Shown here one piece after another: positions 11,181-23,465 of a stretch of 40,984 nucleotides of DNA. The stretch is taken from the NCBI RefSeq assembly GCF_001194135.2, contig NC_069001.1, positions 2,660,062 through 2,701,045 of the forward strand. The letters run 5' to 3'. Each line of letters begins with the position of its first letter. Position 1 is the stretch's first letter. The notes under the pieces are model-generated. The model was not told the origin of the DNA and ran no database searches. It was given only the letters and a program-made list of their open reading frames with translations. This DNA is from Octopus bimaculoides. Lineage: Eukaryota. Made by a program: the position numbers and the translations under genes.

Positions 11181-11547
11181 ATGGCATTTTTTTCAGTGAA
11201 AGGTGATACTATCAAAAATAAGGTTAGGTTCCCCAAAGGCAATGATGCAGTGAAAGGGTGTATCCCGAGGCACACATATGCAAAACTTCGTTGTACGTAC
11301 ATCCTGAGAAAGAACATGGCAAGCTTACAGTTTGGTAACACCACCCTACCCACCACCCACCTCCAGACTTTGTTTTCTTATAACTTTCTTAACAGGGATG
11401 GAAACGGTGGCAAGGGTATGCAACGGTATGGCGTTCCCCTATCTTTTTAGCTCACTCAGAAGGGCTGGCTTATACCGTGGGGCCTTCTCCCATCTTCCCA
11501 ACCTCACCCTCTCAGACCTTACCTTATCCCCCTCCCCCTCATCATCA

Positions 11548-11645
11548 TCATAATTTAACGTCTGTTTTCCCATGCTGGCATGGGTTGGACGGCTTGACAG
11601 AAGCTGCCCAGCTGCAGAAATACACCAGGCTCCAGTTGTCTGGAG
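11548..11645 (-). mobile_element. SINE family B tail
   Basis: (CAT)n..TTTAACGTCTGTTTTCCCATGCTGGCATGGGTTGGACGG. Confidence 0.8.
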
Positions 11646-11659
11646 CAATGTCTTGGACA

Positions 11660-11810
11660 TATTTACTCGAATGAGTTGACCCCAGGACTTATTCTTTTTT
11701 AAGCCTGGTACTCATCCTATCAGTCTCTTTTGCTGAACTGCTAAGTCATGGGGACGTAAACACACCAACACCAGCTGAGAAGCGTTGGTGGGAAACAAGT
11801 ACAAAGACAC
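11660..11810 (-). mobile_element. SINE family A, internal fragment
   Basis: GACCCCAGGACTTATTC..AAGCCTGGTAC..CAGTCTCTTTTGCTGAACTGCTAAGTCATGGGGACGTAAACACACC. Confidence 0.8.
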
Positions 11811-12808
11811 ACACGCACATAGATATACATACATATACACATACATATGTACACGCACACATACATATGTACACGCACACATACATACACACGTACATAC
11901 ATACATACATACAGACATACATACATACTACAAACTACATTTTTCCATCATATCTTCCAGTTTTTCAATATCACTAACGAATAATAACAACCAAGACAAT
12001 ATCATAGGTCGTTTTTTATGCCGTGCAACAATGACAANNNNNNNNNNNNNNNNNNNNNNNNNNNNNNNNNNNNNNNNNNNNNNNNNNNNNNNNNNNNNNN
12101 NNNNNNNNNNNNNNNNNNNNNNNNNNNNNNNNNNNNNNNNNNNNNNNNNNNNNNNNNNNNNNNNNNNNNNNNNNNNNNNNNNNNNNNNNNNNNNNNNNNN
12201 NNNNNNNNNNNNNNNNNNNNNNNNNNNNNNNNNNNNNNNNNNNNNNNNNNNNNNNNNNNNNNNNNNNNNNNNNNNNNNNNNNNNNNNNNNNNNNNNNNNN
12301 NNNNNNNNNNNNNNNNNNNNNNNNNNNNNNNNNNNNNNNNNNNNNNNNNNNNNNNNNNNNNNNNNNNNNNNNNNNNNNNNNNNNNNNNNNNNNNNNNNNN
12401 NNNNNNNNNNNNNNNNNNNNNNNNNNNNNNNNNNNNNNNNNNNNNNNNNNNNNNNNNNNNNNNNNNNNNNNNNNNNNNNNNNNNNNNNNNNNNNNNNNNN
12501 NNNNNNNNNNNNNNNNNNNNNNNNNNNNNNNNNNNNNNNNNNNNNNNNNNNNNNNNNNNNNNNNNNNNNNNNNNNNNNNNNNNNNNNNNNNNNNNNNNNN
12601 NNNNNNNNNNNNNNNNNNNNNNNNNNNNNNNNNNNNNNNNNNNNNNNNNNNNNNNNNNNNNNNNNNNNNNNNNNNNNNNNNNNNNNNNNNNNNNNNNNNN
12701 NNNNNNNNNNNNNNNNNNNNNNNNNNNNNNNNNNNNNNNNNNNNNNNNNNNNNNNNNNNNNNNNNNNNNNNNNNNNNNNNNNNNNNNNNNNNNNNNNNNN
12801 NNNNNNNN

Positions 12809-12858
<50 letters not shown>

Positions 12859-13205
12859 AACTAGATGCAAACATGTATATATGCTTATATACACACACAT
12901 ATATACTACATGCATCCTTATTACATACATACATACACATATGCATGCCTACATACAAACATACATATGCATACATGCATACATACGCTCAGATATACAT
13001 ATATATACATACTACATACATACACACACACATACCATATATACACACTATACACACACACATCATACACACATTCATACTACATGCATTCATATTACAT
13101 ACATATACACAATCATACATACATACACACGCACATATACACACACATACACACATACACACATGCATACAGCTCAACCAACACAACAGTTCAACCACAT
13201 GTATC

Positions 13206-13248
<43 letters not shown>

Positions 13249-13727
13249 GAACACTGACAGTTCTCTTTACTTAAAAAGTCGTGTCACTTTGTTCATGACC
13301 AGCTTGAACTCTCTTAAAAGGAACTTAAAAATAAAACTCAGAAAAAACACACAAACTGATATATATATACATACATACATACATACATACATGCATGCAT
13401 GCATACATGCATACAGACATTAAGGGCAAACCCACATGCCATAAATAATTGCTATTAAATATAAAAATAAAATGAGACCTAATTCATTATAAAAATGCCA
13501 ATATAATGCACAGAAGTCATTGTATAGTATGTATGTATGTATGTATGTATGTATGTATGTATGTATGTATGTATGTATGTATATATGTATGTATGAATGT
13601 ATGTATACAAATACATGCACACACACACACACATGTATCATATGTACTGACATATATACATATATTTATACACACACATACACACACACATACATACAGA
13701 AACACATACACACATACTTATATCTCA
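12809..13727. repeat. Compound TA/CA/TACA/TATG microsatellite field
   Basis: Direct reading. Confidence 0.9.
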
Positions 13728-13734
13728 TCATCAC

Positions 13735-13774
<40 letters not shown>

Positions 13775-13860
13775 GTCATCATCATCATCATCATCATCAT
13801 TTAACGTCCATGTCCCATATTCCATGCCAGCCCAGAACATGGTTTGTTTGACAAGATCCA
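13728..13860 (-). mobile_element. SINE family B tail with long (CAT)n, decayed
   Basis: About 24 CAT units followed by TTTAACGTCCATGTCCC..CCATGCCAGC. Confidence 0.65.
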
Positions 13861-13873
13861 ATGTGACTAGGGA

Positions 13874-13930
<57 letters not shown>

Positions 13931-13974
13931 CACTCACATCCATATTGGTAGTCTTTTGTATGAGAATGGTTTCA

Positions 13975-14125
13975 AATTTCGGCACAAGGCCAGCAATATC
14001 TGGAGCAGGACTAAATCAATTACATCGAACCCCAGTGTTTCACTGGTACTCATTTTGTGAACCCCGAAAGGATGAAAGGCAAAGTAGACCTCAGCAGAAT
14101 TTGAACTCACAACATAAAGCCAAAC
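13975..14125 (-). mobile_element. SINE family D, decayed
   Basis: GGCACAAGGCC..CCCCGAAAGGATGAAAGGCAAAGTAGACCTCAGCAGAATTTGAACTC matches the copies at 33439 and 39104. Confidence 0.8.
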
Positions 14126-14737
14126 AAAATTCTATTGCATAAAAATGCTATTACTGATCATTTTAGAAATATATCGTTTCCTATTTGCAATCAATGAATT
14201 TTGTTGGGGCATAATCCTGATGATAATTAATAAAACCTATCAAATCTTTATTTCACAGCAAAAAATATTGAAAAACTAAAAAAAAAGGTGCCTATTGAGA
14301 AACATCTTCAGCAAAAACTCTTCAATCGGAAGACAAGACTAAAATCATTTGAAAAAAACTTGTAATTTCAGTGAGTGGAAGTTAATTACACATCTGGCCA
14401 CCATCCCTCGAGCCCCTCAATAAAGGATGTGCTCTATTATTTCTATTATACTATATGTAAACATTGTGAGTCCCGCTGTGGAGACTGACAGTCTGGGTCC
14501 TTCGTTACTTGTTCTCATTAACTTAGGCGTTAACCCATAACAATATTCACACCAAGTCCTTCCATGTTTACATATACATAATAAATTATACCATATGCTG
14601 TTTGATGAGAGCTTTAATTAACATATCTAAATAACTAATTAGACCCACATACCCTGCATTATTACACACCAATCTTAATTAGTTTTAAAAAAAATAATAA
14701 TAAGATTCCAGGCTCGCTCAGATAAGTACCACTTGTT

Positions 14738-14940
14738 GTTGTTGCTGTTGTTGTTGGAGTCAGCTCTTATTGAGCAGACCCATGATCGAAAGTGTTCTGG
14801 CTAGGACGATCCCATCTTCCTATGACTATCTAAAAATATACCATCCCAATGTGTTCTTGTCTTTTACAACACAGTAATGTGTAATTTGAGGGAGATTCAC
14901 CTGCTATTTCATATTGTGGGTTTAGTGACCATGTAAAGGT
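14738..14940 (-). mobile_element. SINE-like family E with (CAA)n tail, decayed
   Basis: (TTG)n followed by ...GTAATTTGAGGGAGATTCACCTGCTATTTC. The motif recurs at 16728, 18738, 20525 and ~26240. Confidence 0.65.
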
Positions 14941-15074
14941 CGTTTGATATAATTGCCTCACCTCCACCTACAAACACACACACACGGACTAATCAAATAA
15001 GTCATATTTGTTGTTGTCATTGTTGTTGTTGTTGTTTAGCTCTTATCCAGATACCAGTGTCGCATAACCAGTCC

Positions 15075-15512
15075 ATTTAAAAATACCCTTGAATTGTGAG
15101 GCAATACGCTGTGCTTGAGGAGACCTATTGAGTCAAGTAAAATCAAAAACCAAAAATTAAAAATCGAAATTGAAATCAAAATGGAAATTGTAGTTGTGGC
15201 TGGTGCCAGTGCCGCCTGACTGGCACTCGTACTGGTGGCACGTAATAAGCACCATTCACGTGTGGGTTGATGTCAGTGGCATGTGAAAAGCACCATCCAA
15301 ATGTGGTTGAAGCCAGTGCCACCTGACTGGCTCCCATGCTGGTGGCACATAAAAAGCACCCACCACACTCTCAGAGTGGTTTGTGTTAGGAAGAGCATCC
15401 GGCTGTTGAAACCTTGCCAGATCAAACTGGAGCCTGGCTTGCCAGTCCTCAGTCAAACTGTCCAACCCATGTCAGCATGGAAAACGGACGTTAAACAATG
15501 ATAAGGATGATG
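15075..15512 (+). mobile_element. SINE family B with several internal repeat units and (GAT)n tail
   Basis: Repeated GGTGGCAC-(A/G)T-A(A)AAGCACC units, then TTAGGAAGAGCATCCGGCTGT and CCAACCCATGTCAGCATGGAAAACGGACGTTAAAC. Confidence 0.85.
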
Positions 15513-15829
15513 ATATATATATATATATGTGTGTGTGTGTTGGTGTGTGTGTGTGCAATAATTTTATATGCTGGCACACGCCTTGTAGTATACAGTTTAA
15601 AGCCCATCCACAGCATTTGGCTACCTGATGTCATCAACAGTATGGATGTATATGCTACTGGATTAACTTCAGGAGTTTCTTTGTGTTCATAGAGTTTATA
15701 AAAATATGAGAGAAAGAAGAAGGGATTCACAAGACTCTTTATTATTCACTACAACCGTTTCAACCCATCTCTGCACAAAAGAAAGTCTGAAATGTCATTC
15801 ATCAGGTTGCCTAGCCTATGCAGTTTTAT

Positions 15830-16450
15830 ACACACATGCAAACATACACACACGCATAAGCAGACAGCTCTACTCTCACACACAGACAATTGTACATTCA
15901 TAGACACAGAAATAAACAGACACATACGCACGCACACATACACGTACATATGCAAACATACGCACACACATATGCAGACAGCTCTACTCTCACGCATAGA
16001 CAACTGTACATTCATGACAGACATGCATTCACACATACATATGCACACATACACACGCATGTACATGTGCACACATACACATGTGCGTGCATGTGCACAC
16101 ATACACACACACACGTGCATGCACACACATACACACACGTGTGCGTGCGCACACATACACACACACACAGCTCTATACACATACACACAGCTCTATACAC
16201 ACACACACAGCTATACATACAATTCTACACATACAGTTCTATAGATGTATAAATACAACTCCTCTCTCACATAGTTGTATATACACAAATGCACACACAC
16301 ACACCTATACAGACATAAATACAAACACATAGCACACACACATGTACAAACAGTTCTACACCCACGCATATGCAATCATACATGCACAGACACACACACA
16401 CGCACACGCACACACATGCACACTTGCACACGCACACACACACACACAGA
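15830..16450. repeat. CA-rich tract with ~113-bp and ~22-bp duplicated units
   Basis: GCAGACAGCTCTACTCTCAC..AGACAA(T/C)TGTACATTCAT occurs twice. CAGCT(C)TATACAC-type units recur three times at 16165-16230. Confidence 0.8.
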
Positions 16451-16727
16451 GGTGTAGATCTGTGACCAGTTCAGTGTTGACAGCAAATAAAAAAACGGAA
16501 TGAATGCAAGACAAAGGAACTTATAGCAGGACATTGCTAATGACAGCAGTTATGTGGGTGACGCCAATTAAGTGTTAATTAGCCTTCAACAATTGCCAAA
16601 TTAACTAAGCTAATTAGCACTATTACCACCACTATAACTACTAGTAAGACTAACACCTACTACTACTACCACTACTGCTATTGTTTTTTGAGCCAACAGT
16701 GGAAGGAAGTCTGAACGCTGTCGCATG

Positions 16728-16830
16728 ACCTGCAAGAAACTGCAGCCGAATGTCCCTCAAATCACAACCTGCCTACAGTCTTTGGGAAGGACATACTGTG
16801 TAATGTGGGTGCTGGATTCTCCCCAGTACC
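16728..16830 (+). mobile_element. SINE-like family E fragment
   Basis: CCTGCAAGAAACTGCAGCCGAATGTCCCTCAAATCAC is the reverse complement of the family E motif. Confidence 0.6.
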
Positions 16831-17361
16831 TCCAAATGTTCATAATTACTGGTTTAGCATTATTGCAACCACCACAGCAACAACAACAATTAGTAGGACT
16901 AACCCCTACCACCACCACTGCACTACCAGAATGAGACAATTGGGTGCAGCTGCTTGGATGCAGACAATTTGGCACAGTTGAGTGAACATTTGACTTGTTT
17001 TGGTGGCAGTGCGTTTTGGTCCTGGAGGGCAAACACACACACTCACACACACATGTGTGTGTACAGAAATGCACACATATAGAATTGAGGAAGTGATAGA
17101 GAGAGAAACATTAGACATGCATAAAAACATAATTAGATGCTCACGCACATAAACAGGGAGAGAGAGAGATGGGGGAACAGGAGAGAGAGGATGAGAGAAG
17201 CAATGAATATATCTGATGTCAAATGACTCAGTGTTGAATCTGTGGCACTAAAATGGCTGAACCAAAACAGCCCATACCCTGCTACTTAAAATCAACGAGT
17301 AATCCACCATTTTAGGGGAAAGAAATAATTTTTTTAGTACAAAACGCTTTGAAAAAAAAAG

Positions 17362-18090
17362 GTTGAATAAAAGGATTTTCCAGCCAAATTTGACATTTTA
17401 GATGTCAACTTTGTCAGCATTTCAAAGTTGTTGTCATCATACTCAAATCTGTTATATTCAGTTTCAACTACATTGTTCTCATCTCATCCCATTTCATCTT
17501 TGTCCACTTATTCCTGCCCAAGGTCGTTAGGGTATGAGTCCTCAAGCACACCTTCCATTGGTTTCTATCAGAAACAGCCATCTCTGATTGATCTGGTTAG
17601 ATACACCCAAGCAAGACCAACTGAGTTCATGGATGTCTTATTTAAAAGAAAAGTAAAAATGTTTAATTGCAAAACTTCAAAAAAGATTATAATAATAACA
17701 GTTGAAAAAAAAGATTTTGCCGTCAAATTTAACAATTTAGACCTCGTCCTTGTCAACATTAGTATGCTCAATTCTTTAATCTTCAATCTCAATCACATCA
17801 TTCTCATCTCATCTCATCTCATCTTCTTCACCCACTTGTTCCTGGGAGAGTCATGGGGACAAGAGTCCTTAAGAGTCATGGGGACAAGAGTCCTTAAGAG
17901 TCATGGGGGCAAGGCCCTGTCCGTGGCAACCATCTCCAATTGATCCAGCTAGATCCCCAAGCAAGACCAATCTAGTTTGTGGATGTTTATTTAAGAGAAA
18001 AAGTAACAATTTTTAATTACAAAGCCTTTAAAAGAAAAAACAAAAAAACAAAAACAAAGTTGAATAAAAGTTTTGCTCCTGAAATTCACC
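17362..18090. repeat. Diverged ~340-360-bp tandem duplication containing a 25-bp minisatellite
   Basis: Units start GTTGAA(T/A)AAAAG at 17362, 17701 and 18059 and share TTCTCATCTCATC and CCCAAGCAAGACCAA. AGAGTCATGGGGACAAGAGTCCTTA occurs 2.7 times at 17847-17913. Confidence 0.8.
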
Positions 18091-18194
18091 ATTACACACA
18101 TTGTTGTTGTTGGTTTTAATTTCTTCATTGTCAGTTGTGATTGTGGAGTAAATCGTGTTTTTTTTATTCTTCTTCAACAGACATCAACATCACT

Positions 18195-18305
18195 AAAAGG
18201 CAAAGTCGACCTCGGCAGAACTTGAACTCAGAATGTAAAGACATATGAAATACCGCTAAGCATTTCGCTCAGTGTGCTAATGTTTCCGCTAGCTCACCGT
18301 CTTTT
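18195..18305 (-). mobile_element. SINE family D, 5' half
   Basis: AAAGGCAAAGTCGACCTCGGCAGAACTTGAACTCAGAATGTAAAG..CCGCTAAGCATTTCGC..GCTAGCTCACCGTCTT. Confidence 0.85.
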
Positions 18306-18737
18306 AAGTGAAGCACAGTGTTGGACCTCTGTGCAAGGCCCTTCACTTTGCAAACCCCAGTTTGACTATGTGGTTATACGTGTTTGTGTTTGTATGTGTG
18401 ACCATACATGCATGCATGTGTATGTTTATGTGAGTGCATATATATATGTGTATGCATTGGTGCATGCGGGTTTGTATGTGTGTGCATGTATGTGTGTTTG
18501 TGTCCATGTATGGTGTTGTTTAACTCCAAGCCAGGCCTCATTGAGTTGGCCTTCCATCCATGACCATCATGACATTTTCTATATTTGCAACATATTCTAT
18601 ATTCAGAACATTATCTAATCCGTCGTTTTATTTTTAAGAAGAAAGTAGATTTGAAAGAATTTGGTTGCTATTTTTAGCAGCTCCAGTAGCCACGGATCCT
18701 GTTATGTCAAATTATCTTATTGATGATGCTGTTGTTG

Positions 18738-18940
18738 TTGTTGTTGCTTGTTGTTATAGCCCAAGGTCAAACCTGATTGAACAGAACTATAATTATAAGC
18801 ATTCCAACGGTGACCATCCTGTCTCTTTTCTGCGTGTTGGAAATCTAAAACCACATTATCTATTAATATATCCGTTTACTTTTTAAACAGGAGTGTGAAC
18901 TTTGAGGGCAATTTGGCTATTATTTCTAGCAGGTAGAGCA
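18738..18940 (-). mobile_element. SINE-like family E
   Basis: (TTG)n..AGCCCAAGGTCAAACCTGATTGAACAGA..GCATTCCAACGGTGACCATCC..TTTGAGGGCAATTTGGCTATTATTTCTAGCAGG. Confidence 0.7.
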
Positions 18941-19515
18941 AATTGCACAGAGGCCTGTTGTGTTGGAGGTGATGGCACAACTGTTTAGGGTGTTGGTGGC
19001 ACAGGTGGGAGTCGGGGGGNNNNNNNNNNNNNNNNNNNNNNNNNNNNNNNNNNNNNNNNNNNNNNNNNNNNNNNNNNNNNNNNNNNNNNNNNNNNNNNNN
19101 NNNNNNNNNNNNNNNNNNNNNNNNNNNNNNNNNNNNNNNNNNNNNNNNNNNNNNNNNNNNNNNNNNNNNNNNNNNNNNNNNNNNNNNNNNNNNNNNNNNN
19201 NNNNNNNNNNNNNNNNNNNNNNNNNNNNNNNNNNNNNNNNNNNNNNNNNNNNNNNNNNNNNNNNNNNNNNNNNNNNNNNNNNNNNNNNNNNNNNNNNNNN
19301 NNNNNNNNNNNNNNNNNNNNNNNNNNNNNNNNNNNNNNNNNNNNNNNNNNNNNNNNNNNNNNNNNNNNNNNNNNNNNNNNNNNNNNNNNNNNNNNNNNNN
19401 NNNNNNNGTGGTGGTGGTGGTGGTGGTACCACAGAATATCCATTTCCATTGTCAAAATAAACAAGTTAGCTCATGTCAAAAATGCCGACAACACCAACTT
19501 AATGAGGCAAACCTA

Positions 19516-19547
<32 letters not shown>

Positions 19548-19572
19548 CATCATTATTATTATTATTATTATT

Positions 19573-19835
19573 CTAAAGGCAGTGAGTTGGCAGAACCATT
19601 AGCATGCCAGGCGAAATGCTAAGTGATATTTTGTCTGTTTTCGTTGCCAGGGTCGACTTTGCATTTTATCTTTTCGGGGTCGATAAATTAAGTACCAGTG
19701 AGACACTGGAGTTGATGAAATCGACTAGTCCCCCACCCCAAATTTCAAGCCTTGTGCCTATAGTAGAAAGGATTATCATTATTATTATTATTATTATTAT
19801 TATCAACATTATTATTATTGTTATCATTATTGTCA
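19573..19835 (+). mobile_element. SINE family D, full length, flanked on both sides by (ATT)n
   Basis: AAGGCAGTGAGTTGGCAGAA head, GTCGACTTTGCATTTTATCTTTTCGGGGTCGATAAATTAAGTACCAG core, TTGTGCCTATAGTAGAAAGG and (ATT)n tail. Confidence 0.85.
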
Positions 19836-20218
19836 TGAAGAAGATTGCCCCATCACGTTCCTTTGGTTGGGAAAGGAAGGTAGTGTTTCTTTGTCTGGTG
19901 GCTTTAGTGAAAGAGGTTGTGTGGTGGTCCAGGTTGAAAGGGCTGAAGACAGACACTTTCCTCTTTGGCCAAACCCTCATCAGTAGAAGGGAACATGCTA
20001 CCTCCCAGCAATTTTGCTAAAAGGTGGGTGAATGTAGTGCAAATGGCCCAAGTGAACAGGCCTACTCTAAGCATGTGCCTCTAGATCAAGGGTAGATGAA
20101 GTGGAGAGAGCATTTGCCATGGAGGTCAGGGCAATTGTGGGTTTTGTGGGGTTTCCAAAAGTAGCCCTTGGAAGTCTCCCTCATTTGAAGATTTTATTGT
20201 TATTCTGTTTTTTGTGAA

Positions 20219-20397
20219 GGTGCATGGCTCAGTAGTTAGAGCGTTTGGCTCACAATCTTGAGATCGTGAGTTCGATTCCTGGATTGGGCTGTGTATTGTG
20301 TTCTTGAGCAAGACCCTTTATTTCACTTTGTTCCAAATTCACTCAGCTGTAGAAATGGGTTGCGACGTCACTGGTGCCACACTGTATTAGCCTTCAT
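20219..20397 (+). mobile_element. SINE family C, 3' truncated
   Basis: A-box TGGCTCAGTAG, anticodon-like loop CTCACAA, perfect B-box GTTCGATTCC at 20270-20279, and the core shared with the 5085 copy. Confidence 0.85.
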
Positions 20398-20524
20398 CTT
20401 TCCCCATACCTTGCATTCCCCATGTTATGCCCTCAAGTACCCTTGGCCTTCACAAGTCCTCCTTTGGGACCAAGTGCTGGAGACTCCTGTAAAGGGTGAT
20501 TGATTCCAGACACTCCTAAATAAA

Positions 20525-20600
20525 AAAAGACAGGCTGGTCACAGCTGGAACGACTTTGGCTTCATGGTCATGTTTAACCAGGGGCTAAACTACAGCAATG
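20525..20600 (+). mobile_element. SINE-like family E 3' end
   Basis: GACAGGCTGGTCACAGCTGGAA..CCAGGGGCTAAACTACAGCAA. Confidence 0.55.
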
Positions 20601-20836
20601 ATTACAACTTCTAGAATAGCCACTACCGTCATATACACCACCACCATCACCACTGCCACCAGCAGCAGCACCACCACCACCAGCACCACCGCTACCATAT
20701 CCATACAACAATTCAACATTATTCATTATTATTACTACCTCCACACTGATGACAGACATCATTACACTCACCGCTACCACCACCACCACCACTACCGCTG
20801 CCACGACTACTACTACTACTACTACTACTACTACTG
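20601..20836. repeat. ACC/CAC/ACT trinucleotide low-complexity tract
   Basis: Direct reading. Confidence 0.85.
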
Positions 20837-21334
20837 TAGCATAGTTTTGGTCATTTAATTCATAACAATTGCAACACCCAGTCCAATCCTGAATTTTATA
20901 ATTGATCATTGGTGTGCCTGAGGGTGTATATATATAGACATATACATAAACACGTACATACAGATATACCTTCACACACACACACACACACACATATAAA
21001 CCAAAAACAAAGTTCTTTCACTGGAATTTATAATTTAGGCAGCAGCAATAGCTTTGTTATGTGTAAATGCATGAGTGTATATATGTATGTATGTATGTGT
21101 GTACATTTGTATGCATATATATACATGTATGTATGTGTGTATGCATGTATGTATACATGTATGCATGTAGCCGTGTATGTGTGTATATACATATGTGTGT
21201 GCACACATATGCATATGTGTAAGCATGGATGTCAATGCATGTATAGACCTGCATGTTTTGTGTGTGTGTGTGTGTGTGTGTGTGTACGTGTGTGTGTGTG
21301 TACGTGTGTGTGTGTGTCTATATATATATTCTTT

Positions 21335-21545
21335 TATTTTTTCACTTGTTTCAGTCATTAGACTGCGGCCATGCTGGGGCAGCACCTTGAAGAATCTTTT
21401 GTCAAATGAATCGACCCCAGTACTCAATTTTTTTGCTAAATTTGGCACTTGTTCTATCAACCCCTTTTGCTGAACCACTAAGTTATAAGGACATAAGCAC
21501 ACCAGCACGGGTTGTTAAGCGGTGGTGGTGGTGGTGGTGGTGGAA
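21335..21545 (-). mobile_element. SINE family A, 3' half; the Tigger starts in its internal microsatellite
   Basis: CACTTGTTTCAGTCATTAGACTGCGGCCATGCTGGGGCAGCACC..CTTTTGCTGAACCACTAAGTTA. Confidence 0.85.
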
Positions 21546-21562
21546 AAACACACACACACACA

Positions 21563-22387
21563 CAGAGTAGAACCTCACAGTACGAGTGCACCATTGTAAG
21601 AGTATTTTGCTGCACAAGCCGAGGCTCAAAGTACAAACTGACATCCACAGTACAAGCGAGTTTCATCCGAGTGACCGCTAGTCGGTGCTGACCTCTCCCA
21701 ACAAGCGCAGCCTCCACTCTCTCAGTTCATGGATTTATCTCGTTATGACGGCATCCATGTTGTGTTTTACCCAGTGTTTTTTTTTTAGTTTTGTGTGCTT
21801 TTGTTATTATTTTATAATAATTCATTTTGTGTTAGCCATGGGTCCTAAAGAGGTTAATGTGAAGGACAGTGCTGAGAAGGACAAGCTGATTATGATAGAA
21901 TTGAAGAAGGAAATCATTGATAAACACGAGAGAGGAGTGTGTGTGGTGGACACAGCACATCGATATGACCGGAACATGTCAACGGTCTGCACCGTGATGA
22001 ATTAAAAGGATGAGATGAAGGCCATTACAGCAGCAAAAGTTGTCTCCGGACTCTCTAAGCAAGGCACATCTGCCCATGAAGAGATGGAAAAATTGCTTCT
22101 CTTGTGGATCAACGAGAAGCAGGGGATACAATCACAGAGACCATCGTCTGCAAGAAAGCAGAAGCGCTGGATGGGGATTTCCTGAAGCAGAACCCTGGAA
22201 CATCAATGGAGGAGACATAAGCAGACATATTTAAGGCCAGTCATGACTGGTTTGATAATATCAAGAAGAGGACTGGTGTTGACAGTGTCGTCAAGTATGG
22301 AGAAGCAGCAAGTTTTGACACGAAGGCAGCTGAGGATTTTGTGCGTGAATTCTGCCAGCTCATCACAGCCGAGGGTTACATTGCACG
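21563..22387 (+). mobile_element. Tigger/pogo DNA transposon, 5' portion with pseudogenised transposase
   Basis: TIR-like CAGAGTAGAACCTC. From the ATG at 21838: MGPKEV..IELKKEIIDKHERG..STVCTV (HTH), EEMEKLLLLWINEKQ, GDTITETIVCKKA, FKASHDWFDNIKKRTG and VVKYGEAAS (CENP-B HTH, TIGD1-like), with two in-frame stops and a frameshift. It ends before the DDE domain. Confidence 0.92.
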
Positions 22388-22434
22388 TGGTGGCAAAGTG
22401 AGCTTCTTAATCACGCAGCCATGATTGTGCCTAA

Positions 22435-22471
22435 CACCCTCCTGGGGCACTTTGAGTGCCCCAGGAGGGTG
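22435..22471. repeat. Perfect 17-bp GC-rich hairpin
   Basis: CACCCTCCTGGGGCACT-ttg-AGTGCCCCAGGAGGGTG. Confidence 0.95.
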
Positions 22472-22840
22472 GCTTTAAAAACAAAAAGCAAAAAAGAAAA
22501 TTACCAAAAAGCAAAAAAGAAAATTACCAAAAATCAAATAAAATTATGAAAGAATAAACCAAAACTGAAATTGATATTCCAGAGAAAGAAGTTGGAATTT
22601 TTCAAAATGGAAACTAAACAAACATTAAGGATAAACCAAGTCCATGCTCCAGCATGGCCATGGTTTAAAAAGGATTGAATATAAGTAAGAGAAGAAAGGG
22701 AGAAGACAGAAAGAAAGAGAAGGAAAGAAAGGGTAAATGTGAATAAGGGAAAACTGAAGAAGAAGAAGAAGAAGAAGAAGAGGGAAGGAGGAGGTGGATA
22801 GCATGAGGGGGTAGAGAAGGGGAAAGAAGGAGAGGAAGAG

Positions 22841-22871
<31 letters not shown>

Positions 22872-23185
22872 AGAATGCAAAACAAAAGAATACAGAACTT
22901 TGAACGAACAGTAACTTTAAACGAGAGAGAAACCATCTTTGAAAATGGTTGGCGTCATTGGAGGAGAGGATGAAATTGCAGACAATGACGGGTACAAAAC
23001 CCAGAAAATATCCAGTAACACCACAAGAGTTAGAAACCAGTTCTGTTCATTCGTTCCCACACTCCATATCTCGTAAATATTCTCCTGGCAGTTTGCAGCG
23101 ACACTATTATTGTTGTTGTAGTTGTTAGTAAAAGTTTACAATATTTTCATAACTACACACACACACACATACACACGTATATATA

Positions 23186-23221
<36 letters not shown>

Positions 23222-23416
23222 TATGGATGTGTGTATAGAAATAACAACTGCAACTGCTTGCCAGTGTCAATTGTTTTTATGGAAATATAAATCTTTATAT
23301 TTCTCTTTCATAAATCACAGCATTGGATAAATTATATATGTGCGTGTGAGCCTGCGTGAAATGTACACATACATGTTTCATTTGATATACATGCACATTG
23401 TATATGTAAACATACA

Positions 23417-23465
<49 letters not shown>

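Noticed and set aside
2241-13274. Long ORFs containing X runs
   Set aside because: They are artefacts of reading through N gaps.
14300-14430. IWPPSLEPLN resembling the mariner WPPxSPDLN motif
   Set aside because: Too short and degenerate to support a call.
11712-16457. Many YI/HT/CV-repeat ORFs
   Set aside because: They are dinucleotide and tetranucleotide microsatellite translations.
17847-17913. 25-bp direct repeats considered as a CRISPR-like array
   Set aside because: They are head-to-tail with no spacers, in a eukaryotic context with no cas genes.
19957-19983. Minus-strand CTGATGA..GAAA hammerhead-like spacing
   Set aside because: The base of stem II cannot pair (GGG/GAG), and no stem III or stem I is present. 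It lies in an unclassified repeat-like segment (19840-20130).
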